64,000 nt of DNA from assembly GCF_011386835.1 (NCBI RefSeq), contig NC_088807.1, positions 24,862,001 to 24,926,000 on the forward strand. The letters are read 5' to 3'. The first letter of the stretch is position 1. Each line of letters begins with the position of its first letter. The position numbers and the translations under genes were made by a program. Shown here piece by piece: positions 12,201-22,046 of this stretch. The DNA comes from Chrysemys picta bellii (Eukaryota). The notes below the pieces were generated by a model, which searched no databases, was not told the DNA's origin, and was given only the letters and a program-made list of their open reading frames with translations.

Positions 12201-15200
12201 GGCTGGCGTGGAGGACCCCAAGGTGATGATCACAACCTCGCGCGATCCCAGCTCCCGCCTCAAGATGTTTGCCAAGGTACAGGGCCTGGGTTGGTTATTG
12301 TAGGGTCTCCCGGAGAGCGGTGCTGCTCGGCGGGCTGGCATGGTTATTGTAGGGTCTCCTGGGCACTGGTTAGTTTCTGCAGGGCCTCCCGGGGACTGGG
12401 GCTGGTGAGTAGGGTCTCCTAAGGGCGGGGGGGCTGCATTAGGGGCTATCGTCAGGTCTCCTGACATAGGGGGGCTGGGTGTGGCGGTGTCAGGCCGTTC
12501 GGCGGAGGGGCAGGTCTGTTATTGTAGGGTCTCTCTCACCCCCACCCCCTCTCTCTCGGCGGCAGGAGATGAAGCTGGTGGTGCCGGGCGCCCAGCGCAT
12601 GAACCGGGGGCGACACGAGGTGGGGGCCCTGCTCCGGGCCTGCAAGGCCAACGGCGTCACGGACCTGCTGGTGCTGCATGAACACCGCGGGCAGCCGGGT
12701 GAGCCGGGGGGGCGTGCTGGGGGGACTCCCCCCTCCCCCTCTGTCTGGGGCTGCTGGGGGGGGGGGGAGCTGCTTCCCCTCTGTCGGGGATTCTGAAGGG
12801 GCTCCCCCTCTGCTGTTATTTCTGGGGGGTCCCCAAGGTGGGCGGGGGGCTGCAGGGTCTTTTAGCTGTGGGGTGGATGAATCGGGGGGGGCAGGACAGC
12901 TCCATCCCAGCCCCCCCACTGCTAACCACCACCCCCTCTCCCCTCCCCCCAGACGGGCTGATCGTCTCTCACCTGCCCTTCGGCCCCACGGCGTTCTTCA
13001 CCCTCTGCAACGTGGTCATGCGGCACGAAGTCCCCGACATCGGCACCATGTCCGAGGCCACCCCCCACCTGATCTTCCACAACTTCACCTCCCGCCTGGG
13101 CCAGCGGGTCAGCCGGGGGCGCCGGGGTCCTTGTTGGGTCTTCTGGGACTGCCCGGGCTGGCTGTGTTATTGTAGGGTCCTCTAGGGACTGGGGCTGCCA
13201 GGGGAGGTGGGCGGAGACTGCTTTGACAGTGTAGGGTCTCTGGGGAATGTTTGTGCGCGGTGTGTTTATTGTAGGGTCTCCTGGGGGGCGTTAGAACGAT
13301 CTGGGGACTGGCTTGTTATTGTAGGGTCTCAATTCACCCCCCCTTCTCCCCCCAACCCAGTGTTTCTCGGTCTCTGCCCTTCAGGTCTGCAGCATTCTCA
13401 AGTACCTCTTCCCGGTGCCCAAGGAGGACAGCAAGCGGGTCATCACCTTTGCCAACCAGGACGATTACATCTCCTTCAGGTGCCAAGCCTGCCCCTGGAT
13501 GCAGCCACTTCTGGGGCGGGCAGCTGGGGAACAGCCACATATAACACCACACGGGGATGGCTGGGCGCAAGGATGCCTGGGTTCTCTCCCAGCTCTGGGA
13601 GGGGAATGGGGGCTGGCGGGGGGGGGCTGAGAGCCAGGCCCACGCTGGGTGACCCCTTTCTCCTGTGCCCACCGCAGGCATCACGTCTATAAGAAGTTGG
13701 ACCACCGAAACATCGAGCTGTCTGAGGTGGGGCCGCGCTTCGAGATGAAACGTGAGTCACGTCTCTGAGGGCCCCTCATAAGAACGTAACGGCCAGACTG
13801 GGTCAGACCAAGGGTCCATCTAGCCCAGTGTCCTGTCCTCTGACAATGGCCAGTGCCAGGTGCCCCGAGGGAATGAACAGAACAGGGAATCATCAAGTGA
13901 TCCATCCCCTGTCGCCCATTCCCAGCTCCTGGCAAACAGAGGCTGGGACCCCATCCACGCCCAGCCTGGGTAATAGCCATTGATGGACCGATCCTCCATT
14001 AAATCATCTAGTTCTTTTCTGAACCCTGTTAGTCTTGGCCTTCACAACATCCTCTGGCAAGGAGTTCCACAGGTTGACTGTGCATCGTGTGAAGAAATAC
14101 TTCCTTTTGTTTGTTTTAAACCTGCTGCCTATTCATTGAGTGACCCCCTAGTTCTTGTGTTATGAGCAGGAGTAAATAACGTGTCCTGATTTACTTTCTC
14201 CGCATCAGTCATGATTTTATAGACCTCGATCATATTCCCCCCCCCCCCCCGAATCGTCTTTTTTCCATGCTGAAAGATTAATCTCTCCTCATACAGCAGC
14301 CATTCCAGACCCCTGATCATTTTTGTTGCCCTTTTCTGAACCTTTTCCAATTCCAATCTATCTTTTTTGAGATGGGGCGACCACATTTGCACGCAGTATT
14401 CACGGTGTGGGCGTATCATGGATTTATATAGAGGCAATAGGATATTTCCTATCTTATTTCCCCCTTTCTTAACCGTTCCCACCGTTCTGTTCGTTTTTTG
14501 ACTGCCGCTGCGCGTTGAGTGGATGTTTTTCAGAGACGTCTCCACGGTGACTCCAAGATCTTTCGTGAGTGGTATCATCTAATTCAGACCCCATCATTGT
14601 ATATGTGTAGTTGAGATTCTGTTCGCCAATGTGCATCACTTTGCCTTTATCTATATTGAATTTCATCTGCCATTTTGTTTCCCAGTCACCCAGTTTTGTT
14701 CGGTCCCTTTGTAACTCTTCGCAATCTGTTCTTGACTTAACTGTCTTGAGTAGTTTTGTATCATCTGCAAATGTTGCCACCTCCCTGTTTACCCCTTTTT
14801 CCAGATCGTTTATGAATATGTTGAATAGGACTGGACCCAGAACAGACCCCTGGGGAGGACACAATTTACTCCCCTCCATTCTGAAAACTGACCATTTATT
14901 CCTACCTTTTAACCAGTTACCGATCCATGAGGGGACCTTCCCTCGTATCCCGTGACAGCTCACTTTGCTTAACAGCCTTTGGTGAGGGACCTTGTCAAAG
15001 GCTTTCTGAAAATCTAAGTACACTATCTCCACTGGATCCCCCTTGTCCACATGCTTGTTGACCCATCAAAGAATTCTAGTAGATTGGCGAGGCGCGATTT
15101 CCCTTTACTAAAACCATGTTGACTCTTTCCCAACAAATTATGTTCATCTCTGTGTCTGACAGTTTGGTTCTTTACTAGAATTTCAACCAGTTTGCCTGGT

Positions 15201-16936
15201 ACTGAAATCAGGTTTACCAGCCTGTAATTGTCGGGATAATCTCTGGAGCCCTTCACATTAGCTGTCCTTGTCATTTGGTACAGAACCTAATTTAAATGCT
15301 AGGTTACATACCATAGTTAGGTCCTGCAATTTCGCATTGGAGTCCTTCAGAACTCTTGGGTGAATGCCATCTGGTCCCGGTGACGTATTACTGTTTAATT
15401 TGTCAATTTGTTCCCAAACCTCTTCTAATGACACCTCAGCCTGGGACAGTTCCTCAGATTTGTCACCTAAAAAGACTCAGGTCTGGGAATCTCCCTCACG
15501 TCCTCAGCCGTGAAGACGGCTGCAAAGAATTCATTTAGTTTCTCTGCAATGGCCTTATCGTCCTTTAGCACCTCGATCGTCCAGTGGCCCCCGTGGTTTA
15601 GTAGCTTTCTGCTTCTGAGGTACTTAAAAACAAATTTGCTGTTACTTTCGGAGTCTTTGGCTACACTTCATTTGCCAGCGTTTATGCTCCTTTCTATTTT
15701 CCTCACTAGGCTTTAACTTCCGCATTTTAAAGGAGGCCTTTTGGCCTCTCACTGCTTCTTTTACTTTGTTTAGCCACGGCGGCTCTGGTTTGGTTCTCTT
15801 ACTAAAGTTGGGGGATACATTTAAGTGGTGCCTCTGTTATGGCGTCTTTAAAAAGTTTCCACGCGGCTGGCAGGGATTTCACTGTTGGCGCTGAACCTTT
15901 TAATGTCTGTGTCACTAACCTCCTCGGTTTGTGTGGTTCCCTTTTCTGAAATTAAATGCTACAGTGTTGGGCTGTTCTGGTGTTTTTCCTGCCACAGGGA
16001 TGTTACATTTCATTATATTATGGTCACTATTACCAAGCCATCCAGCTATATTCACCTCTTGGACCAGATCCTGATCTCCACTTAGGACTAAATCAAGAAT
16101 TGCCTCTTCTCGGGTGGGTTCCAGGACCAGCTGCTCCAAGAAGCAGACATTTAAGGTGTCAAGAAACTTTATCTCCGCATCCTGTCCTGAGGTGATGGAC
16201 CCAGTCAGTGTGGGGGTAGTTGAAATCCCCCATTATTATTGAGTTTATTTTTATAGCCTCTCTAATCTCCCTGAGCATTTCATAGTCACTCTCCCGGTCC
16301 TGGCCAGGTGGTCGGTAATATCCCTCCCGCTCTAGTCTTATTCGTCGAGCACGGAGGTACTGGCCAGAGAGATTTCATGGTACGGTTTGGTTCATTTAAG
16401 ATTTTGAGTCTACGCTTTCTTTCACATCTAGTGCCGCTCCCCCGGTACGACTGGTTTTGTCCCCTGGTATTACCGTGTCCCAGTGCTTATCCTCATTCCG
16501 CCAAGTTTCTGTGATGCCTGTGCAAGGCACTCTGGTTCAGCCCCCGCCCCAGCAGTTGCTGACTGACCCAGTCATGGCAGCCCAGGGGGCCAGACACCCC
16601 CCAGTGCTGGTTTATAGCTCCCCCCATGCGGGGGAGCTGTGCAGAATCCAGGGGAAACTGAGGCACACATGGGCATCATCAATCGATTACAGAAAATGTG
16701 TCCCATCCTGCCCCTCGCCCCCTGAGCGATGGGGGTGGGGGGCTCCCCTGCTTTGCCTGTCTCCTGGCAGCAGGTGCTTCCTGGGGGCACCCCGCTGACC
16801 CTCTTGCCCCTCCCTCATTACAGTGTACATGATTAAGCTGGGCACGCTGGAGCAGGCAGCCACGGCCGACGTGGAGTGGCGCTGGCATCCTTACACCAAC
16901 ACGGCCCGCAAGCGGCAGTTCCTGAGCGCCGACTAA
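9239..16936 (+). CDS. IMP4: U3 snoRNP protein IMP4 (Brix domain); exons 9239-9241 (ATG only), 9766-9874, 10378-10461, 12167-12276, 12566-12698, 12953-13107, 13385-13479, 13678-13751, 16824-16936 (291 aa)
   Basis: [19 protein letters not shown]...[32 protein letters not shown]...[23 protein letters not shown]. The exons total 876 nt, matching the 291 aa human IMP4. Confidence 0.97.
10860..12110. mobile_element. AT-rich relic of probable DNA transposon(s) in IMP4 intron 3
   Basis: Abrupt AT-rich island. CAGTGTGGATAAAAA start at 10861 and imperfect inverted ends CAGGGCTGAAT (~10965) / ATTCAGGGCCTG (~12100). No TSD was found. Confidence 0.35.
13777..16520 (-). mobile_element. 5'-truncated CR1 LINE (endonuclease + RT remnants, frameshifted) in the last IMP4 intron
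   Basis: ORF2 peptides include [63 protein letters not shown] and SDHNI. The CR1 3' tail (GTTCTTATG) is at 13777-13785. Confidence 0.95.
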
Positions 16937-17124
16937 GGGGCAGGCCTGGCCCAGAGCGGCCGCCCCCTCACGCTCCGCTCTGGGCCCAGGCCTGCCCCCT
17001 TAGTCGGCGCTCAGGAACTGCCGCTTGCGGGCCCTGTTGGTGCTAAGGATGCCAGCGCCACTCCACGTCGGCCCGTGGCTGCCTGCTCCAGCGTGCCAGC
17101 TTAATCATGTACACTGTAATGAGG
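16813..17124. repeat. Long inverted repeat (arms 16813-16959 and 16975-17124, ~15 nt loop) duplicating the IMP4 terminal exon
   Basis: The right arm is the reverse complement of the acceptor, last coding exon and stop codon, with 6 differences (5 single-base indels, 1 substitution). Confidence 0.95.
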
Positions 17125-17608
17125 CCGAGGGGCAAGCAGCGGTCCCCAGCGGGGTGCTGCCCCGGCCCCGTGGGTATCGCCCTGCGGTGGAGGGGGAAGC
17201 ACCAGCAGAGCTGTTGTTTTCACATTTTTATTTTTGTAGGGTCTGCTTTAATACACAGCTTGGTTTGACCCTTGGTTTGGTGTCTGCTGCTGTCTGTTCA
17301 CAGCTGTTCCCATCTTGCCGGGGGTGGGATTTAGCCCCATGCCCCCAAGCTGTGGGGCCTAGCTCACAGCGGTGCCCTACTGATTTGAAGGTGGAGTTTG
17401 TTACTCTTCTTCCTGTGCCCGGAAGGGAACCCAGGAGTCCTGGCTCCCAGTCTCAACTCCCTGCGCCCGGAAGGGAACCCAGGAGTCCTGGTGTCAGTTG
17501 ATGGCGGTTCGCTCTGTGCCGGGGGTGATGCTGGGGCCGCGGCTCGGCTCAGTCCATCTGGGGTTGGGGTGGGAGGGGCACAGGCCCTGGCGCCCCCCCC
17601 CACTCCCC

Positions 17609-20600
17609 CTAGAGCCGCGTCCACTCAGCCGGGGGGTCGCGGGGGCCTTTTGGCTTCCCGATGCGGAAGTTATAGCCTGGGGGAGAGACAACAATGAGGG
17701 AGGGGCCTTTACCGCTCCAACCCCCGTCCAGACTCCCCAGATCCAAACGGCTGCTGGTTCCCCCCGCCCAGCCCAGGACTCCTGGGTCCCCTCCCCATGA
17801 CAGCCCTGGGCTCTCCCCCATCACCTCCTTCATATCCCCAATCAGAGCCGGGGCCTGCCCCACCCCCATCCTGGGGGCTGCCCCCCTACTGTACCCCTCT
17901 CACACCCACGTCCTACCAAGACCATTGCCCGGAGAGGTGAGTGGGCTGCAGCCCCTTCCAGGTGAGGCGTCCACGGGCTCGTAGCTGGACGTAGACTCAA
18001 GGCGGGGGGAGCTGGAGGCTGGCGGAAGAGAAAACAATGAGGCCTCCCTGGCTCCTGTTAGAGCCGCCGCTGAGATGCAGCCACCTCTGGGGTGGGGCAG
18101 CTGGGGAACAAGCACACACAAGGCCGCAGAGGGATGGCTCAGCCGGCACTGAGATGCAGCCACCTCTGGGGCGGGGCGGCTGGGGAACAAGCACACACAA
18201 GGCCGCAGAGGGATGGCTCTCCCAGCACTGAGATGCAGCCACCTCTGGGGCGGGGCGGCTGGGGAACAACCACACACAAGGCCGCAGAGGGACGGTTCAG
18301 CCGGCACTGAGATGCAGCCACCTCTGGGGCGGGGCGGCTGGGGAACGATTCAGCCGGCACTGAGATGCAGCCACCTCTGGGGCGGGGCGGCTGGGGAACA
18401 AGCACACACAAGGCCGCAGAGGGACGGTTCAGCCGGTGCTGAGATGCAGCCACCTCTGGGGCGGGGCGGCTGGGGAACGGCCATACAACACCGCACTGGG
18501 CTAGCTCAGCCAGCGCTGAGATGCAGCTGTGGCTGGGGAAAGCCATGGGTGCGAAGCTGTGATGAATGCCGCATGCACTCCCACTGCCAGGGTTTCCCAT
18601 CCAGGTACCGAACTAGCCTCCCCCTGTTTATCTGTGTAAGCCCCGGCCCTCCTCCACCCCCCCCACTCACCCTTCTTCTGGGGAGACGCCAGAAAACCCT
18701 GGAGATGAGATGGAGAAAAATGAATGACAGAAACTGACTCATGTCCTCGTCCCCAACCACCAGCCCCCACTCCCCTCCCAGAGCCGGGGAGAGAACCCAG
18801 GAGTCCGGGCTCCCAGCCCGCCCTGCTCTAACCCACCAGACCCCACTCCCCTCCCAGAGCTGGGGAGAGAACCCAGGAGTCCGGGCTCCCAGCCCGCCCT
18901 GCTCTAACCCACCAGACCCCACTCCCCTCCCAGAGCCGGGTAGAGAACCCAGGCCTCCTGAGTCCAAACCCTCCTCCCCGCCTGACCTACCGGCCTCGAG
19001 CCCCCCTCTGGCTGCGGCTGGCTGGGCAGGGGGTCAAGAACTCACCAGGGGTTTCACACTGGGCAGCACGGTCTTCCCATGGCTGGGGCAGGGCGAAGGG
19101 GGGCCCCGGGGGCTGGCGTCACCTGGAGTAGAGAGAGGGGCAGGGATCAGCGCATGGCCCCCCTGGGCAGCTGGGGGTCCCACCTCCCTAGGTCAGAGCC
19201 ACCCCAGGACTCTTGAGTCCGCGTCCCCCCCCTTCTGCATCAGAGCCATGGGCCTGGACTCCTGGGTCCCATCCCATTCCCCCCCCCCAGATCAGACCCA
19301 TGGTCCCTCCTGGCCCCAGACTCCTGGGTCCCCCCCCAGATCAGATACATGGTCCCGGACTCCTGGGTCCCCTTGCCGTACCTGCGCTGGTGGAGTTGGG
19401 GGTGTATTCGCAGCTGGGGCTGGGTGGCAGGCGTTTCACGGGGCTCCCGGGCAGGGAGTGGGCCTGCAGCCCCCCGAAGCCGCTGGGGTCGATGGGGGAC
19501 CACTCGGGGCTGCCCCCGCCAGGCCTGGTCTGCCGGGAGGAGGCCGCCGCCGGCCCGCCCCCCCGGCGGAACTTGTTCACCACCGCGTAGGTGTCACTCA
19601 TCTTAGGGGGCAGGTCCGGGGTGGGCTCGGACGGCACCGAGATGCTCCTGGGGGAGGAAGGGGGGTAGCACCAGTGGCGACGGACATGCTCCACCCAAGG
19701 CCGAGCCAGGGAGAGAAGTCCGGCTCCCTGCCTCCGCCCGTCCTGTAACCAGTAGCCCTGGGGGGGAGCAGATACTCAGCACAGTCTATTGGAGGGGGGG
19801 GCGGTTGGGGGGGTCAAAGCAGGGCATTGTGGGGAAGGGAGGGGGGTGCTCAGAGCTCCCTCCTGGGCTGCAGCTAACGCCCAATGGGGCGTTAACCCTG
19901 ACCCCTAATGACTACCCATTTCCAGGCTACATTGGCAGCTGCTGCAGTATTAAGGTACCGGCTGCCCCAGAGGTGGCTGCATCCCAGCCTTCCCCGGGGC
20001 GGCGTTACGTGCGGCTGCTCCCCCCACTGTCCCGCCCCAGAGGTGGCTGCATCTGGCCGCACACTCACCGTAAGACGCTGCTGTGTTTGCCAAGGGGCGC
20101 GGGGCGGCGCAGGGACACGGCGTCGTCGTACAGGGGCAGCTGGTTCTGCAGGGAGAGGAAGGGGTGAGCCGGGGAGGGGGGAGCTGGGGGAGCCGTCCCG
20201 GCCTGGTGCTGACACCGGCTTTTCGCTTCCTCCCGCAGGAAGTGTGACAACGGGCTGCGGGTGCAGGGCAGTTAACCCTGCTGGTGCCGGAGGGCCGGCC
20301 CTGGGGAAGGAACAGAGAGTGCCCCCCCTACAGCCTCCGCCTGGCCCCCCATCCCTCCACGCAGCTGCCCCTCCCCAGATGCACCCCTCTGGCCAGCCGG
20401 CCCCAGGGCAGGGACTGGCTGACTCAGGGGGGCGGGGAATGGGGCAGGGGCCTGTCCCCTCTAGGGGGCACCGGCTCCCATTGGCCCCAGGGCAGGGACT
20501 GGCTGACTCAGGGGGGCGGGGAATGGGGCAGGGGCCTGTCCCCTCTAGGGGGCACCGGCTCCCATTGGCCCCAGGGCAGGGACTGGCTGACTCAGGGGGG

Positions 20601-21622
20601 CGGGGAATGGGGCAGGGGCCTGTCCCCTCTAGGGGGCACCGGCTCCCATCCGGCCCCAGGGCAGGGACTGGCTGGCTTAGGGGGGCTGGGAATGGGGCAG
20701 GGGCCTGTCCCGGCTAGGGGGCGCCGGCTCCCATTGGCCCCAGGGCAGGGACTGGCTGGCTTAGGGGGGGCTGGGAATGGGGGCTGGGGCCTGTCCCCTC
20801 TATGGGGCGCCAGCTCCCATGCATTTTGTTACCAGCTCACCTATGAGCTAAACCTAAAGCCCTCTGGGCTTCTCCCCTATGGGGCCAGATGGGAGCCGGC
20901 GCCCCCAGTCCTTTCCTGCTCCACCTTTCAGCCCCATGGGGGGGGGGGAAAATGGGGAAGGGAGGGAAACTGAGTCCCCCCTTGCAAGTCCTGCCCCTCA
21001 CACCCCTCCTCTACTGCTCCAGCCCCCCCTCCATGCACCCAGGTCGCTTCCTTCTCAACTGCTCCAGCCTGCCCCCCAGCCCTCCCCCCACCAATTCCCC
21101 CCGTGTGCCCCTCCCCCAAGTGCACCCACTGATTCACACTCTTCCCCCCCCCCCCAGACCCTTCGGGCCCCCAGGATCCAGATCTCCCCCCCCCCCCCCG
21201 CCCCCGTACCGCACAGGCCAACGGAGCTGTTTACTCCAGGGCTGAATCGAAAGGGGAAGGAAGGCGCATGGGACTTCCTCAAGTGGGGGGAGGGGCTAAG
21301 GGGGGTGGACCTGGGGGGAAAATCGGGCTGGGGGGGGGAAATCAGAGATGCGGGGATCGGGGCTAGATCGCAGGGTGGGACCATAACCGGGTTAGGGTTA
21401 GTGTGTCTGTGCGCCCTCCCCCCCGGAGGGGCCGGGCCCTGCGCCCTGTGTGTCCCTTCGCCCCCTGCTGGAGGGGCCGGACCCTGCACCGTGTGGGTCC
21501 CTGCGCCCCCTGCTGGAGGAGACGGACCCTGCACCGTGTGGGTCCCTGTGCCCCCTGCTGGAGGGGCCGGACCCTGCACCGTGTGGGTCCCTGTGCCCCC
21601 TGCTGGAAGGGACAAGCCCTGC

Positions 21623-21677
<55 letters not shown>

Positions 21678-22008
21678 GCGCCCCCTGCTGGAGGAGACGG
21701 GCCCTGCGCCCTGTGTGTGTCCAGCGCCCCCTGCTGGAGGGGACAAGCCCTGCGCCCTGTGTGTCCCTTCGCCCTCTGCTGGAGGGGCCGGACCCTGCAC
21801 CCTGTGTGTCCCTTCGCCCTCTGCTGAAGGGGCCGGACCCTGCACCGTGTGGGTCCCTGTGCCAACTGCTGGAGGGGCCGGGTCCTGTGCTCTGTGTGTG
21901 TGTGTGTGTGTGTATGTGTGTGTGTGTCCCTGACGCCCCCTGCTGGAGGGGCCGGGCCCTGCACCGTGTGGGTCCCTGTGCCCCCTGCTGGAGGGGCCGG
22001 GTCCTGCG

Positions 22009-22046
<38 letters not shown>

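Noticed and set aside
13777-16520. Active or domesticated reverse transcriptase gene
   Set aside because: Multiple frameshifts and stops, and 5' truncation. The same applies to 28548-31240.
9875-16823. Intronic snoRNA in IMP4, since ribosome-biogenesis genes often host them
   Set aside because: I could not find a convincing C/D (RTGATGA...CTGA with terminal stem) or H/ACA arrangement by eye. An Infernal/Rfam scan would be needed to exclude it.
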